IMG/VR virus record: IMGVR_UViG_3300046660_000488
Span: 62,001 to 126,000 of that record
DNA: 64,000 nt
Strand: one strand, 5' to 3'
In this document: positions 18,425 through 28,815 of the stretch, piece by piece
How the letters are laid out: every line of letters begins with the position of its first letter
How positions within the stretch are numbered: the stretch's first letter is position 1
The notes under the pieces: generated by a model
The model's input: the letters and a program-made list of their open reading frames with translations, nothing else
The model's database searches: none
What the model was told of the DNA's origin: nothing
Program-made: the position numbers and the translations under genes

Positions 18425-19879
18425 TCAATCGTCGTCATCGTCGTCTTCGTCCGTGCCCATGATCACGTCACGGTTTTCCATGGCGAACCGGTCGAAGTTT
18501 TCCATGGCCACGGTGTCGAACGGCAGCTTGTACAGCGAGATCGAGTGCTTGGCCGCGACGACGCCCGCATCCTTCGGGAAGTTCAGCAGGACGAACGCGA
18601 TGAAGTTGTCGGCCTGCTTGAACCACTCAAGCCGGTCTTCCTTCTTGTTGCCGTTGGCCTTGACCTTGTCGGCCCGGTCACGAAGCTCGAAGCACAGGCC
18701 GGTGGACAGGGCGAAGCAGACCTGCGGGGACTTGTCCCGCATCGTCTTGGTCCGGCCGCTCAGCACTTCCTCGTTCGAGGGGAGCTTGTCCAAGAAATCC
18801 TCGAATTGGAGGAATTCGGACGCCTCGCCGTCGCCGACGCAGCCCGCCGCCACGGCCTTCTTGACCACGTGCGGCAGTTTCGGGTTCGCGGCCAGCACGT
18901 CGGAGAACATGTGCCACGAGCGGGGCGTCTTGAAGCCACGGGCGGCGTTGTTCGGCTGGAAATCGAACAGCTTGCCCTTGTAGCGCTGGAGGTATTGCAT
19001 GACGCGGGGGATGATCGCCCGCGACTTGATGGCCCACGTTTCCCAGTCGTCGTAGTCGGGGACCATTTCGAAGTGGATGAAGCGGTTGGCGACCGGCGTA
19101 GGCATGCGGAAGGTGACGCCACGGTCGGTTTCGCGGTTGCCCATCGCCATGATGAAGACGTTGTCGGGAACCTCGTATTCGCCCAGCTTGCGGTCCAGCA
19201 CCAGTTGGTAGGACGCGGCCTGAACCGAAGGGGGAGCGGAGTTGAACTCTTCGAGGGCGAGGATGGCCGACACTTCGCCGGTGACGGTCCAGCCCAGACG
19301 GCCCCAGTGGAATTCCGGCGGCGTCGCATTGACCGCATCCATGTCGGTGACGACAAGGTGGTCGATGACGCGCTCAGGGTCTTCCTCGTCGTAGACGGGG
19401 ACGCGCTTGGTCGGGACCTTGTAGTCCGAGTTGACCAGAGCGGTGGTGAACCAGTCCTTGCCGCGTTCGAAGATGACGGCCTTGTAGTCCGACGTGTCGC
19501 CACGGCCACGCAGGAAGCGGACGTTGATCTCGGGCTCGGCGCCGAGCGGGTTGTCGAAGCGGATGCGAGTGATCTCGCCCTCGACTTCGAGCTTTTGGTC
19601 GTAGCTGAGGTTTCGCGGCAGAGCCAGCGGCGCCGACCAACGGACGCCGTGGACACCGTTCTCAATGACCGGGAACGGAATGCCTCGAAGGTCGGTTGGC
19701 TCCATCTGCGACAGACGCAGATCGACGAAACCGATCTTGTTCTCAACAGCGATCTGCTGAGCCGTGGCCGACTTGGAGATACCCGGAGGCCCCCAGAGGA
19801 AGACGGCTCGTTTCGTCTTCATGACAGCCCGAATGGCTGTCGCGCACTGTGAGGGTGTAAGGGTGAGTGTGGTGGCCAT
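18425..19879 (-). CDS. MoxR-like AAA+ ATPase, partner of the vWA protein, with an internal insertion
   Basis: WGPPGISKS, DLRLSQMEPTDLRG, LEEFNSAPPSVQAA, GNRETD, ANRFIH, TPRSW. Confidence 0.9.
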   Translation of the reverse strand: MATTLTLTPSQCATAIRAVMKTKRAVFLWGPPGISKSATAQQIAVENKIGFVDLRLSQMEPTDLRGIPFPVIENGVHGVRWSAPLALPRNLSYDQKLEVEGEITRIRFDNPLGAEPEINVRFLRGRGDTSDYKAVIFERGKDWFTTALVNSDYKVPTKRVPVYDEEDPERVIDHLVVTDMDAVNATPPEFHWGRLGWTVTGEVSAILALEEFNSAPPSVQAASYQLVLDRKLGEYEVPDNVFIMAMGNRETDRGVTFRMPTPVANRFIHFEMVPDYDDWETWAIKSRAIIPRVMQYLQRYKGKLFDFQPNNAARGFKTPRSWHMFSDVLAANPKLPHVVKKAVAAGCVGDGEASEFLQFEDFLDKLPSNEEVLSGRTKTMRDKSPQVCFALSTGLCFELRDRADKVKANGNKKEDRLEWFKQADNFIAFVLLNFPKDAGVVAAKHSISLYKLPFDTVAMENFDRFAMENRDVIMGTDEDDDDDD

Positions 19880-20045
19880 TACCGAACGCTCGCTGAAACT
19901 TGCCGCATGCCTGATGCGCTTTTCCCCAATCTGGCGACCGATTTATGTCTCGTCAACCAAATTCGGGTGTAAGTCAGACCTCGCCGGTCCGCCTTACGAC
20001 GCTTTGCACATTCCTACCGGAATAATACAATCGGTCAACGAGAAA

Positions 20046-20513
20046 TCATTCGTCCCAGAATGATGGCATCGTCCGCAAATCGCTTATGCTTCCGTCGTTA
20101 AGCTTAAGCATGACCCCCAAATCAGCCTCAAAAACGACCAGACGAGTTTTTGCGTTCGGGTCTGGTTTTTTGGGGTCGGCCGGTTCCTCTTTGCCGAGGA
20201 AGTAGGGGAGCTTGGCGCGGCGATCCATGAACAGCAGGTCGCGCGATTTTACGACGTAATCGTCGGGTACGCTGATCTCGTACGGCCGGAAGAGCAAGCT
20301 GAGCAGCTTCAGCCCGAGGAAGGTGAGTTTTTGGCCCTTGGCCGTGCCGTCAGCGATCTTCCCGCGATAGCTGCGGAAGATCAGATACATGATCTGCTGA
20401 TCGGTCTTGTCGTTGAAATAGCTGGCGAATTCAACGAACTGAGGCTCCGGCTCGCCATCTTCCGGGTAGACGGCTGGCCGGATGCGCTCGATTAGGCGTT
20501 GGTAGAAGTTCAC
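20046..20513 (-). CDS. Hypothetical protein
   Basis: Operon packing. Confidence 0.7.
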   Translation of the reverse strand: MNFYQRLIERIRPAVYPEDGEPEPQFVEFASYFNDKTDQQIMYLIFRSYRGKIADGTAKGQKLTFLGLKLLSLLFRPYEISVPDDYVVKSRDLLFMDRRAKLPYFLGKEEPADPKKPDPNAKTRLVVFEADLGVMLKLNDGSISDLRTMPSFWDE

Positions 20514-20803
20514 AGGTCCGTTTCGTTGACCTTCACGCCCTGAGTGAGCATGTGGACCTCGAATTTGTCGGTCTTGAAGAGTCGGTTCAGCTTCTCAGCA
20601 AGGTTGAACGCATGCCCCGGATTGCTGAAGGACACCTTCTTGTATTTCGGCCCCAAGTCCAGCAGGTTGTGCAGCGAGCGCAGATTGATCGGCTTGCCTT
20701 CATGGAAGACAGCGTAGATCGCGTCGGCTTTCAAGACCTGCTCAGACTTGTAAGTCTTAGGGTCGGTGTAATTCAGCAGAATAGTCGGCTTTGGTCGAGA
20801 CAT
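20510..20803 (-). CDS. Conserved large-phage hypothetical protein
   Basis: MSRPKP.ILL...YAVF..GKPINL...GPKYKKVSFSNPGHAFNLA pattern; TAAATA upstream. Confidence 0.75.
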   Translation of the reverse strand: MSRPKPTILLNYTDPKTYKSEQVLKADAIYAVFHEGKPINLRSLHNLLDLGPKYKKVSFSNPGHAFNLAEKLNRLFKTDKFEVHMLTQGVKVNETDL

Positions 20804-20886
20804 AGTTCACCCGGTAAATAAAACGGGCACCACGTTGCCCACGTTTTATTTATCCGAATGACACCAACTTTAATGTTGACTTTGGC

Positions 20887-21186
20887 CTACTGTGCCAGCT
20901 TGTCGGGAACGGCTTCCAAGGGAAAACCATTCTTGGTCGCGTCGTTCCGAATCTTCGCGCAGTACCACTCCGCGACCTCACGAGTGTATTCACCAATTCG
21001 GGCGTAGCCCTCGGTGTGAACTTTCATCGTGAGTTCGAAGGCTTTGTCCTCGTCGAGGCCAAAAATGCTCTGGATCAGAGCCGTCACGAATTCCACCGGG
21101 GTGAAATTGTCGTTCAAGAGCCGGACCGCATAGCGCGACGGCGCCTTGAATTGGGTGCGTTCGAGAACGCCTTCTTGCGCGCTCAT
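20887..21186 (-). CDS. clpS: ClpS N-degron adaptor
   Basis: YAVRLLNDNFTPVEFV, VHTEG.A, TREVAE, GFPL. Confidence 0.92.
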   Translation of the reverse strand: MSAQEGVLERTQFKAPSRYAVRLLNDNFTPVEFVTALIQSIFGLDEDKAFELTMKVHTEGYARIGEYTREVAEWYCAKIRNDATKNGFPLEAVPDKLAQ

Positions 21187-21431
21187 CCGTGGACGATCCG
21201 GCTGATGCAGACGATGATCGACAGCAGGCCCCAGAACGCCAGAAACCCGAAGACGAGGATCGAGGTGACTCGACCCTTCGGGGTCATGGGCTTGTTTTCC
21301 ACCGGTTCGTTGCTGGCCTGCTTGCTCAGCATATACAGGTTCGCGAGGGAAATGAGCGCGAACATCAGCGTGGAGATAATCGAATAGCCGATCATAATGG
21401 GTCTCTCAGAAATACGGTGCGAAGATCGCAC
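21183..21431 (-). CDS. Small membrane protein
   Basis: Two TM-like segments. Confidence 0.55.
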   Translation of the reverse strand: MRSSHRISERPIMIGYSIISTLMFALISLANLYMLSKQASNEPVENKPMTPKGRVTSILVFGFLAFWGLLSIIVCISRIVHG

Positions 21432-21452
21432 ATGGTTAAAATCTGGTCAACG

Positions 21453-21477
21453 AAAAAGGGCGGCCGAAGCCGCCCTT
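21453..21477 (-). terminator. Intrinsic terminator
   Basis: AAGGGCGGC/GCCGCCCTT stem followed by a U-tract on the minus strand. Confidence 0.75.
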
Positions 21478-21499
21478 CCGTAAAGGTCTGGCGGCCGTC

Positions 21500-22177
21500 T
21501 TACGAGACGATGAACGACCGGGTGAACTGCACCGACGCCGACAGGGAGATTTTCTGGGCGTTGGTCAGCGAAGCACCGGACGTACCTTCCGGGCCTGCGC
21601 TACCGGCGACGCCGAGGCTGCTCCCGTAGGAAGCCGACGCGATGGTCGCGTTCAGCGACTTGGCGTTCGACGTGCCGTGGTTGCTGAACGTGATCTGGCC
21701 GATCCGGAACGGGCTGTAGGCGCTGTCGGACACGACCTCGTTGATGATCTTCAGTTCTTCCATGGCCTTGATCAGGACGTCCTTGCGAAGTGCGCGCTCG
21801 GCTTCCTCGATCTTCTTGGCCTGAATGGTGGTGTCGGCGATCACGTTGGTGATCTTCAGGCCGGTGCGCGACACGGCTTCCGCACGCTCTTCGAGATTGT
21901 AGTTCTCGCGTTCGCTGACGCGGGCGGCGGCGTTGAGCGAAATGCGCTCGTAGCCGGAGGCGTCGCGCGTGCGGTTCAGGTTGTTGGTCTGCCACTCGGC
22001 GCTCGGGATGAACTTGGCCAGCGCGTCCTTGATGTCGGCGCGAAGCTGTTCCTCGGTGAAACCGGGCGTCAGCATGGCGGCGATGGTGGTGACGATGCGG
22101 ACAGTATCCGACACCACTGTGTTCTCGGCGCGAAGATCGAGGTAGATGTAATCGTTTACGGGTTCAATATTTGACAT
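21500..22177 (-). CDS. SIMPL/DUF541-like protein
   Basis: Composition and C-terminal ISLSASVQF resemble the SIMPL fold. Confidence 0.6.
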   Translation of the reverse strand: MSNIEPVNDYIYLDLRAENTVVSDTVRIVTTIAAMLTPGFTEEQLRADIKDALAKFIPSAEWQTNNLNRTRDASGYERISLNAAARVSERENYNLEERAEAVSRTGLKITNVIADTTIQAKKIEEAERALRKDVLIKAMEELKIINEVVSDSAYSPFRIGQITFSNHGTSNAKSLNATIASASYGSSLGVAGSAGPEGTSGASLTNAQKISLSASVQFTRSFIVS

Positions 22178-22321
22178 CAAAATGGCTCGCGTGAAAGAGT
22201 GTTGTTTAGTTAACATACACCAGAACCGCAATTGCCGCATAAATAAAAACGAAGCGTCTTCGGAGCTTCCCGATCACCTACTTGGGATCGGTTCTAACTT
22301 TGCTTTTTAAGGAAGAATGAT

Positions 22322-22759
22322 ATGAGCAACTTTGCACGCCACGTTATTGGCTACGACTGGCTCCTGAACATCCCCACGGACAATCAGGACAGCTACCCAC
22401 CCCACGACATCGACTCGCTGAGCGAGACCCACTACCGCCTGACTTTGGCCGTGGCCGGTTTCCGTCGTGAGAACATCATGATCACCACCAAGGACGGCTA
22501 TCTCAACGTCGCTGGCACTTTCCTGTCGAAGGAAGAGCGCGCCGCGAAGGAACGAGACGTCCTGAATGGAAAGACGCTGAACCCCACAGCGCCCAAGTCT
22601 CTGCACAAGGGCATCGCCTTCCGGAATTTCAACCGTCAATTCAAGATCGGCCCCGATGTGGAAATCATCAACGCCAGCTTGGAGAACGGTCTGCTCGTCA
22701 TCGACATGGAGCGCCAACTGCCGGAAGCGAAAACCCTCAAGACCATCCCCATCCGGTAA
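22322..22759 (+). CDS. Small heat-shock protein (IbpA/Hsp20)
   Basis: YPPHDI, YRLTLAVAGF, LHKGIAFRNF, ASLENGLLVID, IPI; TAAATA upstream. Confidence 0.93.
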   Translation: MSNFARHVIGYDWLLNIPTDNQDSYPPHDIDSLSETHYRLTLAVAGFRRENIMITTKDGYLNVAGTFLSKEERAAKERDVLNGKTLNPTAPKSLHKGIAFRNFNRQFKIGPDVEIINASLENGLLVIDMERQLPEAKTLKTIPIR

Positions 22760-22765
22760 CCGCAC

Positions 22766-23050
22766 ATGCCCAACACCTCACTGAGCCATGACCACCTAGA
22801 AGACCGCCTCAAGGAGGCGGCAGGATGGAAATTCACAGTCGAGGAATTCAAGGGCATCTTTCCCGAAGTTGAGTACGACGGGAGCAGGTTATATCGCGGA
22901 GACTACCCGTTTGCCGTAACAGCAAACGGGCTTCGGGTCTACTGCGTCTACAACCCAGCGGCTGGGCGGGACAAATACGACATCACGGTTGAAACGCTCA
23001 TCTGCTTCGAGAACGAGGACGGAACCCAACGAACCCACAGCAGATACTAA
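22766..23050 (+). CDS. Hypothetical protein
   Basis: Follows Hsp20. Confidence 0.65.
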   Translation: MPNTSLSHDHLEDRLKEAAGWKFTVEEFKGIFPEVEYDGSRLYRGDYPFAVTANGLRVYCVYNPAAGRDKYDITVETLICFENEDGTQRTHSRY

Positions 23051-23072
23051 CTCACCCATAGACCACGAGAAA

Positions 23073-23107
23073 GAAAGGCGGGGATCACTCCCCGCCTTTC
23101 GCTTTTT
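23073..23107. terminator. Bidirectional intrinsic terminator
   Basis: GAAAGGCGGGG/CCCCGCCTTTC stem between convergent genes. Confidence 0.8.
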
Positions 23108-23505
23108 CAGATGATCGTGTCTTCGTCGTCATCGACGGCGAAGCTGAAGCTGATGACCGGCTTCAACATCTTGTCGTTGGCCACGATGAACATCCCGGCC
23201 AGCGTCACCTTCGTCCGCGTTTCCGGCGACGGATCGAAGTGGAACGCCCCGTAGACCGCGTCCCGATGCTTGAACACGTACTCGGCGATGAACTTGGCGA
23301 ACACGTCAGCGGGAACCGTGTAATCGTAGCCCCGCAGGATATAGGCCACGAGGTCGCCGATCTCGTCAGCGTCATCGTACCAGTACGTGTCGATCAGGTT
23401 GTCGTAGACTTCCACCAGCGCGGGATAGGCAGACGACCGGAGGTGATCCCTCCAGTCATCCAGCTTTGCTTCCCGGTGGTTGGCTCGATGGTTCCCGAAC
23501 AGCAT
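23107..23505 (-). CDS. Hypothetical protein
   Basis: Operon packing. Confidence 0.7.
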   Translation of the reverse strand: MLFGNHRANHREAKLDDWRDHLRSSAYPALVEVYDNLIDTYWYDDADEIGDLVAYILRGYDYTVPADVFAKFIAEYVFKHRDAVYGAFHFDPSPETRTKVTLAGMFIVANDKMLKPVISFSFAVDDDEDTII

Positions 23506-24084
23506 TTAGAACTTCTTCCCATCATCCTTCAGACGGTTCTCGATCTTGTGGTCGGCCCGGCTGGCGTTGAATTCGAGCTTTTCGTTGATCACGGCCCAGA
23601 GGTCGAAACCACGGTCGTCGGCGAGGCCGAAAGTGGCCGACAGGGCGTCGGACAGCTTCAGGCGGAATTGTTCCGTGCGGTTCTTCCGCAGGTGTTCCAT
23701 AGCGGCCGAGACCTCGTTGACGATCCGCAGCAGCAGGACTTCGTCATCGGCGGCGCTGTCAGCCGAGTAGGCGGCGATCTGGGCCGCATAGTCGTAGTCG
23801 AGGAAGCCGCCGTGCAGCGAGGCTTCGGCGCCCAGCATGTCGAACAGTCGGATGGCGACGTCGGCCAGTTCGACTTGGAACATCGGCAGGTGAGGGAGCT
23901 TGTCGTCGTTCAGGTTGCCGATCAGGCCATGGGCGGCTTCGGACACTTCCGAAACGACCAGCATCATCAGTTCCGCGCGGTTGCGGGTGGCGAGGGTCGA
24001 TTCCTTGGTGACCAGATCGGTCCACCAGCCTGCCTTGACGTTACGCGCGTGGATATCCGCCGAAAAGGCGTTCAGGTCGGTCAT
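23506..24084 (-). CDS. MazG-like NTP pyrophosphohydrolase
   Basis: LVVSEVSEAAHG..DDKLPH..VELADVAIRLFD, second helical repeat, KLEFNASRADH. Confidence 0.75.
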   Translation of the reverse strand: MTDLNAFSADIHARNVKAGWWTDLVTKESTLATRNRAELMMLVVSEVSEAAHGLIGNLNDDKLPHLPMFQVELADVAIRLFDMLGAEASLHGGFLDYDYAAQIAAYSADSAADDEVLLLRIVNEVSAAMEHLRKNRTEQFRLKLSDALSATFGLADDRGFDLWAVINEKLEFNASRADHKIENRLKDDGKKF

Positions 24085-24153
24085 GAAATGGTTTTCCAAA
24101 AATGGCGTTAGCGAATAACCCCACATTAACCATCCCGAAAATTCGCAGCAATA

Positions 24154-24351
24154 TTAGTCGGCCTCGGGTGGGCTCTCGATGATGCAGACCTTGCCGCCCA
24201 GCTTCAGCGGGACGTGGGAATCGTCGAGATAGACCTTGCCGTCCTCGACCTTGGTCACCGTGCGCTGTTCGAGGGCGGGCGAGTTGCCGCGCAGCTTGGC
24301 GCGGATCACGGTCTGTCCGACCTTCAGTTCACGTCCAAGGAAGTCGAGCAT
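24154..24351 (-). CDS. Small SH3-like protein
   Basis: DFLGRELKVGQTV pattern. Confidence 0.65.
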   Translation of the reverse strand: MLDFLGRELKVGQTVIRAKLRGNSPALEQRTVTKVEDGKVYLDDSHVPLKLGGKVCIIESPPEAD

Positions 24352-24707
24352 CAGGCGAATTTCACGTTGGAGCCGTTGAGCGCTTGGAGCGCGGCGAGGC
24401 AGACCGCCATCGTGGTCGTCTTGGCGTTGACCATCTGATAGACCCGGCTGTCGTCACGGTAGAAGCACGAGTTGTAGGTGTCCGATTCAGGGATGTGCTG
24501 AATCCGGAATTCCCAGCCCTTGGCCGAGAAGAAATCGACGACGCGGTAAGCGTCGTCGATCACTGTTGAGAACGCGGGTAGGGGAACTCTTTCACGATTA
24601 TCCTGCCCGACCATGTAACGTTGGCCGTCCTCGTTGATCACCACGACACGCCATAGGCGGGTGGCGACCAAGGAGTCCATGGCGGGTCCTGCGTCCGGAA
24701 GCGCCAT
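24351..24707 (-). CDS. Phage ABA-sandwich-like domain protein
   Basis: FSTVIDDAYRVV...AKTTTMAVCLAAL pattern. Confidence 0.6.
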   Translation of the reverse strand: MALPDAGPAMDSLVATRLWRVVVINEDGQRYMVGQDNRERVPLPAFSTVIDDAYRVVDFFSAKGWEFRIQHIPESDTYNSCFYRDDSRVYQMVNAKTTTMAVCLAALQALNGSNVKFA

Positions 24708-24937
24708 CAGTCGCGGCGCCGCTTGGCCTTCGCAGCACGGGAAACGGCTTCCGCCTTCTGGCGGCGACGCTTGGTGCTGGGCTTTTCGTAGGCTTCGCGT
24801 GAGCGAACCTCACGGATCAGACCCTCGCGCTTGACCTTCTTGCTGAAGATGTGGATGGCGGCTTCAACGTTGTTGCCGCGAACATCGACAGACAGGCCAC
24901 GCTTGTTTTCAAAGGGTCCAACTTTATGGACGGACAT
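24707..24937 (-). CDS. rpsU: Ribosomal protein bS21
   Basis: V.VRGNNVEAA..FSKKVKREG..REV..REAYEKPS.KRRR. Confidence 0.93.
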   Translation of the reverse strand: MSVHKVGPFENKRGLSVDVRGNNVEAAIHIFSKKVKREGLIREVRSREAYEKPSTKRRRQKAEAVSRAAKAKRRRD

Positions 24938-25026
24938 TAGCTTAAACTCCGAGTGTGCTAATACTGACAGAATACATTACAAGGCTAAACCGTCGCAATA
25001 TAATCTGTCAGTATTTAGTCTGGAGT

Positions 25027-26289
<1,263 letters not shown>

Positions 26290-26345
26290 AAAATCAAATC
26301 CTACTGGATTGCACCACGCTTTTATTTAGCGGTTGCAAAATTCAG

Positions 26346-27530
26346 TTACACGTCAAGCCAGCCGTTGGACTTGTTCTTCGGGTCCTGCTTGTCGGCGTCA
26401 CGAATGGCTTGAACGATGCCCAAAAGCAGTTCAGGCTTGCGTTCGAGGATCGACAGCATGACCTCGCGCTCGTCCTGCGACAGGGACTGCACTTGGTCGG
26501 AGACCGTGTAGTCCTCAACCGGCTCATCATCCTCGACCTCGTTGACGATCTCGGGCTCTTCCTCTTCAGCCAGAACCTGCTCAACGGCTTCCACCGCCTC
26601 AGCCATGCTGGCCGGGTAGGCGTCGAAGCTGGATTGCTGAACTTGCTTCAAGGTGATGGGGTCATCAGTCGGCGGGGCCAGATTGATCGGGGCGACCGGC
26701 TCGTCGTCTTCCGGCTCATCGTCCACGGACGCGGCGGCCTTGGCCTCTTCCGGCTCGCTGTCCTCGTCGCGGCGCTTGGCGCGTTCCTCGACGGTCTCTT
26801 CGAGCATGGACGCACCGGCGATGATCGACGCGATGGCCAACGGGTCGAAGGCCAGCATGATCAGCAGGATCACGATGTTGACGGCCGACTCCGGGTTCTT
26901 CAGTCCGAGGAAATTGGCGACGTACTTGATCGGGCCGAGCTTGGTTTCGACGGCGTTGACCTGAAGCTTCAGGGGCACAAGCTCCTGAGACACCTTGTTC
27001 ATGTCGGCGTTGGTCGCGTCGATGCTCGCCTTGATCTCGGCGCGCTCAGCGGTCTGGGCCTTACGGGCGCGCAGGCCCTTGCTGGCGTCGGTTCCGATGA
27101 TGGTGTTGACGGCGTTGTCGAGTTGGGTCAGGCGCGCCTTGTTGGCGACGATCTGATCCTTGTACTGGGCGATCTGGGTGTTCTTCTGCTCGATTTGCAG
27201 TTCCACCGGCGCCAGCGGGGCGGATTGTTCGAGGTGACCCTTGGCCAGATAGCCGTAAATGCCCATCGACGTGATGATCATCAGCGACATAACCGCGCCG
27301 GTCATGTAGCCCTTCAGAAGGCCGCCCTTCTTCTTTTTCCAGTTGGCGTGGACCCACGTGGCCACGGTGACCTTGCCCACTTCAAGCGAGCTTGCCATGA
27401 CGATGACGCCAATCGGGGTGGCCGCGAACAGGGCCGCGAGACCAACGACGGAGAAATAGGCGGCGATGATCGAGATCGCCACCCCAACTAGGATCATCCA
27501 AATTGCGGAGTAGTACTTGAGATTATTCAT
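26346..27530 (-). CDS. Multi-pass membrane protein with coiled coil and acidic tail
   Basis: Three N-terminal TM segments, long coiled coil, fourth TM (AFDPLAI). Confidence 0.8.
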   Translation of the reverse strand: MNNLKYYSAIWMILVGVAISIIAAYFSVVGLAALFAATPIGVIVMASSLEVGKVTVATWVHANWKKKKGGLLKGYMTGAVMSLMIITSMGIYGYLAKGHLEQSAPLAPVELQIEQKNTQIAQYKDQIVANKARLTQLDNAVNTIIGTDASKGLRARKAQTAERAEIKASIDATNADMNKVSQELVPLKLQVNAVETKLGPIKYVANFLGLKNPESAVNIVILLIMLAFDPLAIASIIAGASMLEETVEERAKRRDEDSEPEEAKAAASVDDEPEDDEPVAPINLAPPTDDPITLKQVQQSSFDAYPASMAEAVEAVEQVLAEEEEPEIVNEVEDDEPVEDYTVSDQVQSLSQDEREVMLSILERKPELLLGIVQAIRDADKQDPKNKSNGWLDV

Positions 27531-27585
27531 GTTGTGCCAATGCCTTTGCTAATAAGTTGTGTAAAATATGGGTAGTGTTATTAGC

Positions 27586-28041
27586 TCAGGAGAGCATGCC
27601 CTTTACTGTAAGCCATAGTTTAGTGAGGCGGCCAATAAAGGTCAATTTCTCCGGAGTTTCTTCAACCAAAACAAGCGCATGCTCGCGGTCGAGGAACTTG
27701 TACTCGATCTTGGTGGGCTCGAATTTCTTCAGGCCGTCAATGACATCCTGCACGTTCAGTTCCGAGCAGGTGTACAGATCGAATTGGAAGACTGCGGGGA
27801 CACATTCGTCCCACGTGTGGAGACAGCAATGCGACGTCTCGATGATGGCGTCAGCCGTCAGGCCACGGTTGCCCACAACGGGGCAGTACCGGGCGCGCGG
27901 CGCGGCCAGTTCTTTCATGCCGATTTGCTTGATCAGCGCCGACATCCAGTCGCAGACAGCTTGGAGGTCGGCTTCGCCCGGTGGGCGGTTTACTTCAGCA
28001 CGCACAATGAGGTGCTGATGACGGTTATCGGGTGTCATCAA
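27586..28041 (-). CDS. speD: S-adenosylmethionine decarboxylase-like proenzyme
   Basis: HLIV, GLTA..IETSH..HTW, DLYTC; self-cleavage Ser motif. Confidence 0.85.
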   Translation of the reverse strand: MMTPDNRHQHLIVRAEVNRPPGEADLQAVCDWMSALIKQIGMKELAAPRARYCPVVGNRGLTADAIIETSHCCLHTWDECVPAVFQFDLYTCSELNVQDVIDGLKKFEPTKIEYKFLDREHALVLVEETPEKLTFIGRLTKLWLTVKGMLS

Positions 28042-28080
28042 TCATGGGACCAATCTACAGATGTGAGAGTTCGCCGGGCC

Positions 28081-28647
28081 TTATTGGGCCGGGCGCGTGA
28101 CCGTGATCGCCGCTTCGGCGGTCGCGACACTGTTCGTGAGGGCGCCCACATCAATTTGCATGATGCGGCTACCAACGCGGACGATTGCGTTGGCCGTGGC
28201 TCCGTCACGGAATCCCGTGCTCTTGGTCTGGTCGATCACTTCCGTGGTCCAGCCCAGACGGGTTTCCATCAGGCCTCGCGCAATGCAGCGCTTGAGAGCC
28301 GGGATGCCGGTGATCTCGACGTTGCCATTGGCCTCGTCGCGGGTGATCAGCGAATCATCACCGTGCTCAACGGTGAGCGTCATCGTAAACGACGACGGCG
28401 CGGTGTTGGCAGTGCCACCAACCGCAACAGTGTTGGCCACGTAGATCGTGCCCATTTCTTGCATCTTTTCAACGACATTACGGAAACGCAGGTTGCCGCG
28501 CTCCTTGTCGAGACCGGCTTGCAGGCCGTTCGGCTGCTGACCCTTGGCCATGTAGTAGCCAAGTTCTTTGTCGTCGATGAAGCCAGTAGTCGCATTTGCG
28601 GCCGCAAAGCTGTTCTGGATGGACACCTGATAGATAGTGTTCAGCAT
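28081..28647 (-). CDS. Probable virion/late protein
   Basis: TAAATA upstream (28686-28691); Thr/Ala/Gly/Asn-rich. Confidence 0.65.
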   Translation of the reverse strand: MLNTIYQVSIQNSFAAANATTGFIDDKELGYYMAKGQQPNGLQAGLDKERGNLRFRNVVEKMQEMGTIYVANTVAVGGTANTAPSSFTMTLTVEHGDDSLITRDEANGNVEITGIPALKRCIARGLMETRLGWTTEVIDQTKSTGFRDGATANAIVRVGSRIMQIDVGALTNSVATAEAAITVTRPAQ

Positions 28648-28815
28648 GGTCAATTCTCCCTGTGCAGGCCACAAATGTGTTAGGTTATTTATGCGAAATC
28701 ATTTGGTTGACGAGATTTGCCTGATGGGTTAACCATAGTCGGATGGCCGCACCTCACGAATTTCTGGTGCAGGCCGATTTGATAAATGCGATTATTAGAC
28801 CCGGATTTTTGAGTA

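Noticed and set aside
19270-19620. Intein in the AAA+ ATPase
   Set aside because: No Cys/Ser at the start, no His-Asn end and no LAGLIDADG blocks.
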